A DNA stretch of 64,000 bases from Candidatus Spongiisociaceae bacterium (GTDB taxonomy: Bacteria; Actinomycetota; Acidimicrobiia; Spongiisociales; Spongiisociaceae). The stretch lies in assembly GCA_965202665.1 (NCBI GenBank), contig OZ241841.1, forward strand, positions 256,001 to 320,000, read 5' to 3'. Shown here in pieces: positions 22,630 through 32,319 of this stretch. The translations under genes were made by a program, and so were the position numbers. Under the pieces are notes generated by a model. It searched no databases. It was given only the letters and a program-made list of their open reading frames with translations, and had not been told where the DNA came from. Numbering within the stretch: the first letter of the stretch is position 1; each line of letters begins with the position of its first letter.

Positions 22630-23403
22630 ATGTCCCCCATGGACCCGGCCCAACTGTCCGACCTGATAAGCCGCGCCGCCCGACTGCTGGACTCAGCCTC
22701 CCGGATTTTGGTTTTCACCGGAGCGGGCGCCTCCACCGAATCGGGCATACCCGACTTCCGCGGCCCGGACGGGATCTGGACCAAAGTGGACCCGGACGAG
22801 TTCACCATCGACCGCTATCTGGCCTCTTCCGAAACCCGGCGGCGCAGTTGGGCGATGTGGTCCCGGTCGCCCCTGCGCACCGCCCGCCCCAACCCCTCCC
22901 ACGCGGCGGTGGCCCACTTGGCCCGCACCGGACGGTTGGAAGGTTGCGTAACCCAAAACATCGACGGCCTCCACCAGCGGGCGGGCCTGGCCGGGGAACT
23001 GTGCGTGGAGGTGCACGGCAACGTGCGGGAGACGGCCTGCCTGAGTTGCGGTTCCCGTTGGCCGTCGGGCGAAGTGTTCGGCTGGGTGGAGTCGGGCGTG
23101 GAGGACCCGCATTGCCCGCACTGCGGGGGCATCCTCAAATTGACCGTCGTCTCCTTCGGGGAGACGATGCCCATGGCGGCCATGCAAAGGGCCCGGCTGA
23201 TGGCCGAAAATGCCGACGCGGTGCTGGCGGTGGGCACCACCCTGTCGGTTTGGCCGGCGGCTGAAATCCCGCTGTCCGCCGCCCGCCGCGGGGTCCCGTT
23301 CGTGATCGTCAACCTGGGCCCCACCGAATTCGACCAAGCCGCCCATCTGAAAATCGAGCATCCGGCCGGAGAAATAATGTCCCGGCTGGTCGCTATGCTG
23401 TAA
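22630..23403 (+). CDS. cobB: Sir2 family NAD-dependent deacylase
   Basis: GAGASTESGIPDFRG, TQNIDGLH, HG, two CxxC and GTTLSV. Confidence 0.92.
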   Translation: MSPMDPAQLSDLISRAARLLDSASRILVFTGAGASTESGIPDFRGPDGIWTKVDPDEFTIDRYLASSETRRRSWAMWSRSPLRTARPNPSHAAVAHLARTGRLEGCVTQNIDGLHQRAGLAGELCVEVHGNVRETACLSCGSRWPSGEVFGWVESGVEDPHCPHCGGILKLTVVSFGETMPMAAMQRARLMAENADAVLAVGTTLSVWPAAEIPLSAARRGVPFVIVNLGPTEFDQAAHLKIEHPAGEIMSRLVAML

Positions 23404-23475
23404 GATACCGAGAGGTCCGCCCCCGTCGCCCGCGTCCGCTACAATCGGGGGTAGCAACGAGTCGAAACCTGAAAC

Positions 23476-23838
23476 ATGTTCCAAAAACTGAAACAGAAAA
23501 TAGCCGAACGCGAGCAGGCCCAGTCCTTCACGTCCATGTACGACAAGGTGCTGACCGGCCCGGCCAACGCCGAACCGCGCACCATCAAAGTGGAGCACAT
23601 CACCCCGGACCGGGAAAAGCTGGTGCGACGTTTGGCCTCCGACGGGGCCAACCACGGTTCGGTGTTGCTCATTCCCGAACCCAACAACCCGGACATTCCC
23701 AACGCGGTGCGGGTTTTCATCGAAACCAAGCACATCGGCTATCTGCCCTCGGAACGGGACTGGACCCCCACCGAAGCCACCGCCGAGATCATCGGCGACG
23801 ACGAGGGCCCCTGGGAAATCATCCTGCACGAAAAATAG
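23476..23838 (+). CDS. Small HIRAN-like domain protein
   Basis: LIPEPNNPDIPNAVRV...IGYLP resembles the HIRAN signature. Confidence 0.65.
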   Translation: MFQKLKQKIAEREQAQSFTSMYDKVLTGPANAEPRTIKVEHITPDREKLVRRLASDGANHGSVLLIPEPNNPDIPNAVRVFIETKHIGYLPSERDWTPTEATAEIIGDDEGPWEIILHEK

Positions 23839-23912
23839 GCGGAAACCCGCTCCCGGCGACGGTTCCGGTCCCGGGGATTACGGATGAACCGGAGAACGGG
23901 TAGCCTGCCCCT

Positions 23913-25085
23913 ATGACAGCTTCCTACCCGGAACTGGTGGCGGCCGCCCTACGGGAAATCACCGAGATCGCCCCCGAGCAGTTGGCCGGGGGCGGGCCGG
24001 CCGGCATGGCGCTGATCGACGTGCGGGAGGGGGACGAAACGGCGCAGGGGATGATCCCCTCCGCGGTGCATATTCCGCGCGGCATCCTGGAGGGGTCGAT
24101 AGCCTCCGCTGGCTTGGACCGCAATCAGCCGATCGTCCTCTACTGCGCGGCCGGGGGGCGCTCCGCTTTGGCCGCCGCCGCCCTCAAGCAGATGGGCTAC
24201 GCCAACGTAATGTCCCTGGCGGAGGGCTTCGCCGGATGGCGGCGGCGGGGACTCCCCTGGGTTTCCCCGGCCCCCTCCGACTCACCGGCCGGAGCCGGCC
24301 CGCCCGACCGTTACGCCCGCCACTTGGCCTTGCCGGAGGTGGGCCCCGACGGGCAACGGCGCTTGGGCCGGGCCCGGGTGTTGCTGGTGGGGGCGGGAGG
24401 TTTGGGATCGCCGGTCGCCCTCTACCTGGCCGCGGCCGGGGTGGGAACCATCGGCCTGGCGGACGACGACCTAGTGGACGTAACCAACCTGCAACGGCAG
24501 ATCATTCACACTACGGCCGGGGTGGGGGTGCGGAAAACGGATTCGGCCCGCATGGCGCTGGCCGCCCTCAACCCGGAGGTGACGGTGCACGCCCACCACG
24601 CCCGTCTGCAAGCGTCCAACATCCTGGAAATCATGGAAGGATACGAGTTGGCGGTGGACGGGTCCGACAACTTCCCCACCCGCTATCTGCTGAACGACGC
24701 GGCGGTGTGGACGGGGACGCCGGTGGCGCACGGGGCGGTGCACCGGTTCGAGGGGCAGGTGAGCCTGTTCGACCCCCGCTCCGGCCCCTGCTACCGGTGC
24801 CTGTTCCCCCTCCCCCCGCCCCCGGAGTCGGCCCCCAACTGCGCCGAGGCGGGGGTTCTGGGGGCCCTGCCCGGAGTGATCGGGACCCTGCAAGCGGTGG
24901 AAGCCCTCAAATGGCTGCTGGGGGCGGGCGACCCCCTGGTAGGCCGGTTGCTCACCTACGACGGCCTGGCCGGGGAGTTCCGCACCCTGTCCTTCGGTAA
25001 AAACCCCCAATGCCCGGCCTGCTCCGACCCCGCCAGCCCCCCGCCCCTCCGGGACTACGACCAAACCTGCTCCCCCGCCGCCTGA
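23913..25085 (+). CDS. moeB: Rhodanese-MoeB/ThiF fusion (sulfur-carrier adenylyltransferase)
   Basis: N-terminal rhodanese YCAAGGRS; RYARH, GAGGLGSP, NLQRQ, DNFPTRY and CYRC. Confidence 0.9.
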   Translation: MTASYPELVAAALREITEIAPEQLAGGGPAGMALIDVREGDETAQGMIPSAVHIPRGILEGSIASAGLDRNQPIVLYCAAGGRSALAAAALKQMGYANVMSLAEGFAGWRRRGLPWVSPAPSDSPAGAGPPDRYARHLALPEVGPDGQRRLGRARVLLVGAGGLGSPVALYLAAAGVGTIGLADDDLVDVTNLQRQIIHTTAGVGVRKTDSARMALAALNPEVTVHAHHARLQASNILEIMEGYELAVDGSDNFPTRYLLNDAAVWTGTPVAHGAVHRFEGQVSLFDPRSGPCYRCLFPLPPPPESAPNCAEAGVLGALPGVIGTLQAVEALKWLLGAGDPLVGRLLTYDGLAGEFRTLSFGKNPQCPACSDPASPPPLRDYDQTCSPAA

Positions 25086-25123
25086 ACCCGAACCGAACCC
25101 CAACGGCATCTACAATAGTTCCA

Positions 25124-25306
25124 ATGAACGACACCGCATCTGCTCCCAACCGTTCTACCGGTCCTCCCGCCGACTGGCCTGAGGAGGCCACTGCTTGGTT
25201 GGTTGAAATCACGGAACGGTGCGAGCGGGGGGAATTCGATCACCTGCCCGAAGCCACCGAAGAGGAACTTCGGCATTTGCATAGCCTGCTGAGCGGCGCC
25301 CCGTAA
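25124..25306 (+). CDS. Small acidic hypothetical protein
   Basis: TACAAT -10 box 7 nt before the ATG; 60 aa. Confidence 0.5.
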   Translation: MNDTASAPNRSTGPPADWPEEATAWLVEITERCERGEFDHLPEATEEELRHLHSLLSGAP

Positions 25307-25309
25307 TCT

Positions 25310-25546
25310 ATGAGCAGATTCGAGAACCCCGCCCATCCCGACACCGTGGCCCGCGCTTGGGATCTTTTGGCATCCCGCTTGGAGAGTCTGATACCCGAGG
25401 GATACCTTCTCCGCCCGGGCGGGCGCGTCGTCCGAACCGACCCGGACTTGCCCGACTTCCTGGAGCTGCCCGCCGAGCGGGGAGGTGCGGTGCAAATCCC
25501 CGCCCCCCTCGCCCGCCCGTTGGCGGCCGTTAATCAAGCAACCTAA
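25310..25546 (+). CDS. Small hypothetical protein
   Basis: Starts 3 nt after the previous stop; 78 aa; fills the gap up to the convergent mrp gene. Confidence 0.5.
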   Translation: MSRFENPAHPDTVARAWDLLASRLESLIPEGYLLRPGGRVVRTDPDLPDFLELPAERGGAVQIPAPLARPLAAVNQAT

Positions 25547-26634
25547 CTAATTCTCAGTTCGGGGTGGGTTCTGATTTTGGGTTTTCTGGCTGCTATTTCC
25601 GCCGCCAGGGCTTGGAACGCCTGGGCGGCTTCGCCGTCGGGGGCGGAAACGGCTATCGGATCCCCCCGGTCGGCGCCTTGGCGCATCTCCAAAGTGATGG
25701 GAATCCGGGCCAAAAGGTCCACGCCGATTTGGGAAGCCAGTTCCGCCCCGCCCCCTTCGCCGAAAATATGATATTTTTTTCCGTCGTCGCCGGTGAACCA
25801 GCTCATGTTTTCCACCACCCCGATCACTTTCTGATCCACCCGGTCGGCCATGCGCGCCGCCCGGGAAGCCACCCGGCTGGCGGTCGGCTGGGGAGTGGTG
25901 ACCAAAAGCATCTGCGCCCGGGGAACGAACTGGGAAATGGAAATGGCCACATCCCCCGTCCCCGGCGGCATGTCGATCAGCAGAAACTCCGGGTCGTCCC
26001 AAAACACATCGGTCAAAAACTGCTCCAAGGCCTTGTGCAACATCGGCCCCCGCCACACCACCGCCTGATCCTCCGGCACGAAATAGTCGATGGAAATAAC
26101 CGCCGCCCCGTGCGCCCGCAACGGAATGATGGAGTCGGCGATCACCGCCGGGGCCCCGTCCGCCCCCAGCATCCGGGGAATGGAATACCCCCACACGTCG
26201 GCGTCGATCACCCCCACCCTATGACCCAGTCCGGCCAGGCTCACCGCCAGATTGGCGGTCACCGACGACTTGCCTACCCCTCCTTTGCCGGACGACACCG
26301 CCACCACATAGGTGGCCGACCCGGGGCCGCCCACCGCCCGTTTCTCCCCCCGCACCCGGGCCATCAACTCTTCCCGCTGGTCATCGGACATCAGGTTCAT
26401 ATCCACCGTCACCCCGCCCGCCCCCACCGCCGATTCGGCGGCCGCCCGCACCCGGCGAGCCAACTCTTCGGCGGGCGGGCCGGGAACCGGAACCAACAAT
26501 TCCACCACCGCCCCCCGCCGCTTGGGACGCACGTCATGCACGTAACCCAGCGTCCCCAGCGGACGAACCAGCACCGGGTCCACAACCGCTTCCACCGCCT
26601 CGGACAACGCCGACCCGTCCCGCTGGCCCATCAC
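25543..26634 (-). CDS. mrp: Mrp/ApbC Fe-S cluster carrier ATPase
   Basis: SGKGGVGKS, DADVWG, WRGPM, DMPPGTGD and VENMS. Confidence 0.92.
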   Translation of the reverse strand: MMGQRDGSALSEAVEAVVDPVLVRPLGTLGYVHDVRPKRRGAVVELLVPVPGPPAEELARRVRAAAESAVGAGGVTVDMNLMSDDQREELMARVRGEKRAVGGPGSATYVVAVSSGKGGVGKSSVTANLAVSLAGLGHRVGVIDADVWGYSIPRMLGADGAPAVIADSIIPLRAHGAAVISIDYFVPEDQAVVWRGPMLHKALEQFLTDVFWDDPEFLLIDMPPGTGDVAISISQFVPRAQMLLVTTPQPTASRVASRAARMADRVDQKVIGVVENMSWFTGDDGKKYHIFGEGGGAELASQIGVDLLARIPITLEMRQGADRGDPIAVSAPDGEAAQAFQALAAEIAARKPKIRTHPELRIS

Positions 26635-28466
26635 CGGCCCCCTTCCCGTTCCCGAACCGACTCCACCACCTCCCGCGGCGCCCGCACTTTGGCCCCCAAC
26701 AGGAACTGGGCGTAGGTTTTCCCCTGCGGATCAACCCGCAAAGAACGCACCCCCCCGCCCCCCAAACCGGCGTGCAGCAGAAAATTCACGGCCAGCAGAT
26801 TGGGGAACTCAAACCTTTCCACCCGCCCCTCCGCCAACCCGGCGAACAGCCTTTTCACCGCCTGCGGGGTCATCTCCCGCTTCACCCATTCGTAGGCCTG
26901 CGGGGTGCGGGCGATCAACCCCACATTGGCGATATCGCCCTTATCCCCGGAGCGGGCCAGGCACAACTCCGACAAAGTCACCTCCATCCCCCGCCCCGCC
27001 TCGTCTCCCGGCGGCCGCTCCCGTTCCCCGGCATAATCGGAGTCGGAGGAAACCGAAACCACCGGCCGGGGCTCAAAACCGGGTGCGGGCGGAACCGCGC
27101 ATCCCACCGTCGCCCGTTCGCTCCCCGCCGTCACTTCGGCGGCCGTCGCCTCCCGGCCCACCAGGCAGGGCCAATGGGCGATAACCTCCATCGGACGGGG
27201 ACGGGCCGGGTCCAGCAGGGTGACGCCGGGCGCGGAACCCAGTACCAACGGCGCGATGCGGGGGGAAAACCGTTCCCGTATTTTGTCCGGGTCGGAGTCG
27301 CGCACCGCCAAATGCAGCACCACTTCGGCGGGGGGCGGACCCTCCTCCGACAAGGGAAAGCCCCCGTCCCGGCCGATAACAGCCGAATAAGCCTCTTCGT
27401 AGGATTCTTTCCCGCCCGCCGCATCCCAAAACATTTCCTCCACCAGCTCCGCTTTGGCCGCCGCATCTCGCCCGGCGACCAAAATTCGGCCCGTCGCCCG
27501 GAACCCGTCCCGGTAACTCACCGACACTTTCATCTTCTCCGGGGCCGGCTCCCCCCGCACCCCCGCTACTTCCACCCGGTCCCGGCCCGCCTCCGTCAAC
27601 GTCAGCGAGTCGAAACGAACGGTGGCGTCCGGAGCGGGATAGGCGGGGGAGCCGATCTCGTACAGGATCTGCTCGGCGACGGTATGCGCCGAAACCAAAC
27701 CGCCGGTTCCGGGATGCTTGGCGACGGCGAAACTCCCGTCCTCCCGGGCCCGCGCTATCGGAAAACCCATGTTTTTCCACGAAGGAATCAGACGCCAGTC
27801 GGTGAAGTTGCCCCCGGCGGCCTGCAAACCGCATTCCAGGATGTGCCCGGCCGCCGTCCCGGCCGCCAACCGATCCCAATCAGCCGGCCCCCACCCGAAC
27901 TCATGCATCATGGGGGCCAAAGCGGACGCCGCGTCCGCCGCCCGTCCGGTGATCACCACGTTGGCCCCCATTTGCAAAGCGGCGACCATCGGCCCCGCCC
28001 CCAGATAAACGTTGGCGGACAGCGTCCGTTCCCGGATGGAATCAAAACTCCGGCCGGTGTCCATGTTTTCCAAACTTTCCCCGCTCCCCAAAATTTCACC
28101 CAAGCGGGGTTGGATGTCATCGCCGGTCACCACCCCCACCCGCACCCGGTCGGCCAGCCCCATCTCGGCCGCCAGTTTCCCCACCGCCTCCCCGGCCGCC
28201 GCGGGGTTCACCCCGCCCGCGTTGGAGATCACTTTCACCCCCCTTTCGGTTATCTCCGACAGGGAATCCCGCAGGTGGGCGGTGAAATCCGCCGCATACC
28301 CCCGTTGCGGGTCCCGGGCCCGTTGCTTGTTGAGGATGGCCATGGTCACTTCGGCCAGATAGTCCATCACCAGGTAATCCACCGGCCCGCCCCGCAGTTG
28401 CCGGCGGAGGGCGGTCGGGTCATCCCCCCAGAACCCCCCGCAGTTGGCGATGGTTATTTCTTTCAC
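26631..28466 (-). CDS. Acyclic terpene utilization AtuA family protein
   Basis: GFWGD, DYLAEVTM, SNAGG, AGHILECG and C-terminal ARSGDKGD. Confidence 0.88.
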   Translation of the reverse strand: MKEITIANCGGFWGDDPTALRRQLRGGPVDYLVMDYLAEVTMAILNKQRARDPQRGYAADFTAHLRDSLSEITERGVKVISNAGGVNPAAAGEAVGKLAAEMGLADRVRVGVVTGDDIQPRLGEILGSGESLENMDTGRSFDSIRERTLSANVYLGAGPMVAALQMGANVVITGRAADAASALAPMMHEFGWGPADWDRLAAGTAAGHILECGLQAAGGNFTDWRLIPSWKNMGFPIARAREDGSFAVAKHPGTGGLVSAHTVAEQILYEIGSPAYPAPDATVRFDSLTLTEAGRDRVEVAGVRGEPAPEKMKVSVSYRDGFRATGRILVAGRDAAAKAELVEEMFWDAAGGKESYEEAYSAVIGRDGGFPLSEEGPPPAEVVLHLAVRDSDPDKIRERFSPRIAPLVLGSAPGVTLLDPARPRPMEVIAHWPCLVGREATAAEVTAGSERATVGCAVPPAPGFEPRPVVSVSSDSDYAGERERPPGDEAGRGMEVTLSELCLARSGDKGDIANVGLIARTPQAYEWVKREMTPQAVKRLFAGLAEGRVERFEFPNLLAVNFLLHAGLGGGGVRSLRVDPQGKTYAQFLLGAKVRAPREVVESVREREGGR

Positions 28467-28581
28467 CCGCCTGATGTTACCGGGCGCAGCCGGTCGGTTA
28501 ACCGGCCCGTCCCCGTCCGCCGTCCCAGACCCAAGTAGAATGGGAAGTCGCCAAGCAACCCCCGTCGCATCCGGAGAACAG

Positions 28582-31260
28582 ATGAACCCCCCGTATGACC
28601 CGTTCGGAGCCGCCGCCCAATTTGACTCCCCCGCCGGCCCCCGCGCCATCCACCGCTTGGACGCCCTGCGGGACCATGGGGATTTGGACGCCATCCCCTA
28701 TTCCGTCAAAGTTCTTTTGGAATCCGCCCTGCGCAACTGCGACGGACGGACGGTGACCGAGGGAGACGTCATCGCCCTCGCCTCCTACGACGCGGCCAAA
28801 GTGGAACCGGTGGAAATCCCTTTCTCGCCGGGGCGGGTGGTGCTGCAGGATTTCACCGGGGTGCCGGCGGTGGCGGATTTGGCGGCTATGCGGGACGCCA
28901 TCGTCCGCATGACCGGCGACCCGCAAGCCGCGGAACGGGTCAACCCGCTGGTTCCCTGCGACCTGGTCATCGACCATTCGGTGCAGGTGGACGCCTTCAA
29001 CGCCCCCGACGCCCTGGTCATCAACTCCCGCAAAGAGTTCGAACGCAACCGGGAACGCTACCAGTTCCTGAAATGGGGGCGGTCGGCTTTCGACAACTTC
29101 CGGGTGGTGCCCCCCGCCACCGGCATCGTCCACCAGGTCAACTTGGAATACCTGGCCAAAGTGGTGTGGGACGATGGAACATCCCTCTACCCGGATTCGC
29201 TGGTCGGCCTGGACTCCCACACCACCATGGTCAACGGACTGGGGGTGCTGGGCTGGGGGGTGGGCGGCATCGAGGCGGAGGCGGCCATGGTGGGCCGGCC
29301 CATCTACATGCTGATGCCGGAAGTGGCGGGGGTGAAACTGACCGGGCGCCTGCCGGAGGGGGCCACCGCCACCGACCTGGTGTTGCGCATCACCGAACTG
29401 CTGCGGGAGGCGGGGGTGGTGGGCAAGTTCGTGGAGTTCCACGGGCCGGGGCTGGACGAAATGCCGGTGGCCAACCGGGCCACCATCGCCAACATGGCCC
29501 CCGAATACGGGGCCACCTGCGGGTTTTTCCCGATCGACGACCACACCCTGTCCTACCTGCGCCTCACCGGCCGCCCCCCGGAGTTGTTGGAAACCGTCCG
29601 CGGCTACGCGCAACGGCAGGGGCTGTGGCGGGACGAAAACCGGGACATCGTTTACTCTTCCCTCCTGGAGTTGGACATGGGGGAGGTGGAGCCGTCGCTG
29701 GCCGGACCCCGCCGCCCCCAGGACCGCATCCCCCTGTCCGAAATGAAAAAACAATGGACGACCGATTTGGCCTCCGTCTTCGCCGGGCACGGCTCCCCGC
29801 AAGGCGCCCCCTCCGTCTCCCTGGACGGCGAGACTTTCCACCTGCGGGACGGGGCGGTGGTGATCGCGGCCATCACCAGCTGCACCAACACTTCCAACCC
29901 GGAGGTGATGGTGGGGGCGGGGCTTTTGGCCCGCAAAGCCCGCCAAAAGGGGCTGGCCCGCCGCCCGTGGGTGAAAACATCGCTGGCCCCCGGCTCCAAA
30001 GTGGTCACCGACTACCTGGAACGGGCCGGCCTCATCGACGATTTGGAGTCCCTCGGTTTCCACACCGTCGGCTACGGATGCACCACATGCATCGGCAACT
30101 CCGGCCCGCTGCCCCCGCCCATCGCGTCGGCCATCGCCGACCACGATCTGGTGGCCGCCTCCGTTTTGTCCGGCAACCGCAACTTCGAGGGGAGAATCAG
30201 CCCGCTGGTCCGGGCCAACTACCTGGCCTCCCCGCCGTTGGTGGCGGCCTACGCCCTGGCCGGGACGGTGGACATGGACCTGACCCGGGATCCTCTGGGG
30301 CGGGACTCCGACGGCACTCCCGTCTACCTGCGGGATCTGTGGCCCGCCCCTGGGGAAATAGCGGAAATCATCGCCGAATGCATCTCCCCCGACCAGTTCC
30401 GCCGGCAATACGGCGAAGTTTTCGAAGGCCCCCCCGAATGGAAGGAAATCGCCACCGACCCGTCCCGCCTTTACAACTGGGACCCGGACAGCACCTACAT
30501 CCAAGAACCCCCTTTCTTCGCCGGGCTGACCGCCGAACCGGGGATGATCGCCCCCATCGTCGGCGCCCGCGCCCTGGTTTACCTGGGGGATTCGGTGACC
30601 ACCGACCATATTTCCCCGGCTGGTTCCATCGCCCCCGACTCCCCCGCCGGCCGTTTTTTGCAGGAACGGGGGGTGCCCGTTTTGATGTTCAACAGTTACG
30701 GGTCGCGGCGGGGCAACGATCAGGTGATGGCGAGGGGCGCCTTCGCCAACATCCGGGTGCGCAACCGGCTGGCCCCCGGAACCGAAGGCGGCTGGACCAC
30801 CGACTTCACCGACGGGCGGGTGAAAACCATCTTTGAAGCGTCGGTGCGCTACCGGGAGGCGGGCATTCCCACCGTCGTGCTGGCCGGCTCCGACTACGGG
30901 ATGGGGTCCAGCCGGGACTGGGCCGCCAAAGGACCGTTTCTGCTGGGCGTGAAAGCGGTTCTAGCCGCCTCCTACGAGCGCATCCACCGTTCCAACCTGA
31001 TCGGAATGGGGGTTCTGCCGTTGGAGTTCCAAGAGGGGCAGACCGCCCCCGGCCTGGGTTTGGATGGAACGGAGATTTTCCACATTGACATCGACGACGG
31101 CCTGCAACCCCGGCAACCGGTGAACGTCGCCGCCCGTCGCCCCGAAGGCGGGGAAATCCGCTTTACCGCCCGGGCGCGCATCGACACCCCGGTGGAAATC
31201 GACTACTACCGCAACGGCGGCATCCTGCACACCGTCCTCAAAGAAATGGCCGCCGGATAG
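28582..31260 (+). CDS. acnA: Aconitate hydratase A
   Basis: QDFTGVP, DSHTTM, ITSCTNTSNP, GCTTCIGNSG and GSSRDWAAKG. Confidence 0.96.
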   Translation: MNPPYDPFGAAAQFDSPAGPRAIHRLDALRDHGDLDAIPYSVKVLLESALRNCDGRTVTEGDVIALASYDAAKVEPVEIPFSPGRVVLQDFTGVPAVADLAAMRDAIVRMTGDPQAAERVNPLVPCDLVIDHSVQVDAFNAPDALVINSRKEFERNRERYQFLKWGRSAFDNFRVVPPATGIVHQVNLEYLAKVVWDDGTSLYPDSLVGLDSHTTMVNGLGVLGWGVGGIEAEAAMVGRPIYMLMPEVAGVKLTGRLPEGATATDLVLRITELLREAGVVGKFVEFHGPGLDEMPVANRATIANMAPEYGATCGFFPIDDHTLSYLRLTGRPPELLETVRGYAQRQGLWRDENRDIVYSSLLELDMGEVEPSLAGPRRPQDRIPLSEMKKQWTTDLASVFAGHGSPQGAPSVSLDGETFHLRDGAVVIAAITSCTNTSNPEVMVGAGLLARKARQKGLARRPWVKTSLAPGSKVVTDYLERAGLIDDLESLGFHTVGYGCTTCIGNSGPLPPPIASAIADHDLVAASVLSGNRNFEGRISPLVRANYLASPPLVAAYALAGTVDMDLTRDPLGRDSDGTPVYLRDLWPAPGEIAEIIAECISPDQFRRQYGEVFEGPPEWKEIATDPSRLYNWDPDSTYIQEPPFFAGLTAEPGMIAPIVGARALVYLGDSVTTDHISPAGSIAPDSPAGRFLQERGVPVLMFNSYGSRRGNDQVMARGAFANIRVRNRLAPGTEGGWTTDFTDGRVKTIFEASVRYREAGIPTVVLAGSDYGMGSSRDWAAKGPFLLGVKAVLAASYERIHRSNLIGMGVLPLEFQEGQTAPGLGLDGTEIFHIDIDDGLQPRQPVNVAARRPEGGEIRFTARARIDTPVEIDYYRNGGILHTVLKEMAAG

Positions 31261-31470
31261 CTATTTCCGGTTTCGACTAGGACCGCCGCCCGCAGACGCT
31301 ATTTGAGTTTCAACGAAACCGCCGGGCGACCCCAAAAGTGAAGGGAACCAGCCAAACAGGTGTTTTCCGAACAAACGGGAACCGGTCAGATTACATTCCC
31401 GCTTAGTACGCTTTTCGCGACCTAAGTTTGCTTTTCGCGTTCTCAAAATTTGGGGGACCCGCCCAGGGGG

Positions 31471-32256
31471 CTACTCCGCGGGCCACTCGTTTAGTTGTAT
31501 CACCGAGAACATCGCACCCTGCGGGTCTCGGATGACGGTGATGTCCCCGGCCGGGGTGGGGGACGGTCCCATCATCACCTGCCCGCCCAACTCCCGGGCC
31601 CGGTCGCCGGCCGCTCCGGCGTCGGCCGCCCCGAAGTAGGTGAACCAACAAGGGGGAATATCGGGAGCCGGGGGCTGCATCAGCCCGCCCACCATCGTCT
31701 CCCCCGCCATCCACAGTTTGTACACCGGCCCTTTCATATCCGGCGCGTCCGCCGCCTCCAACCCGAACACCCCGCCGTAGAAGGCGGCCGCTTTCTCCAA
31801 ATCGGGGACGATCAGCTCCGCCCAAGTGTGGGCCCCCGGTTCGTTCACCACCTGCGCCCCCTGATGCCCTTTCGGCTCCCACATGATGAACGAAGCCCCC
31901 TGGTCGTCGGCCATGTACGCCATCTGGCCCGCTCCGAAAGCGTCCAACGGCCCCATGTAAGTCGTCGCCCCCCGCTCTAAGGCTGCGGCGTGCGCCCGCT
32001 CCGCCGAGTCGGTGAACAGGTAGGTGGACCAGGAGACCGGCATGCCCGCCATTTCCGGGATGATCTGGTACAGGCCGGCCGCTTTGCACCCGTCCAACAT
32101 GGCGTAAAAATAGTTTACGCCCCCCTCCGGGCCGGGAGCCCGCTCCCAAGTCCAGCCGAACATTCCGGAATAGAACTCCCGGGCGGCTTCCCCGTCCTTT
32201 GCCGCCAACTCCGTCCAAGCCGGAGTTCCCACCGGATGGCCGTCTCTTTTAGGCAT
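31471..32256 (-). CDS. VOC/glyoxalase family protein (two-domain), paralog 1
   Basis: GTPAWTEL, FYSGMFGW, WAEL and DPQGA. Confidence 0.88.
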   Translation of the reverse strand: MPKRDGHPVGTPAWTELAAKDGEAAREFYSGMFGWTWERAPGPEGGVNYFYAMLDGCKAAGLYQIIPEMAGMPVSWSTYLFTDSAERAHAAALERGATTYMGPLDAFGAGQMAYMADDQGASFIMWEPKGHQGAQVVNEPGAHTWAELIVPDLEKAAAFYGGVFGLEAADAPDMKGPVYKLWMAGETMVGGLMQPPAPDIPPCWFTYFGAADAGAAGDRARELGGQVMMGPSPTPAGDITVIRDPQGAMFSVIQLNEWPAE

Positions 32257-32319
32257 TGTTTCCCTCCTTGCTGTCGGGGATACTCATCGAGGGGTTCCGT
32301 ATGAACCGAACCCGGAGGA

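Noticed and set aside
22630-23403. Sir2 protein as the Thoeris ThsA partner of the TIR
   Set aside because: It is CobB-type with a zinc ribbon, has no SLOG domain and host-like GC, and lies 22 kb away.
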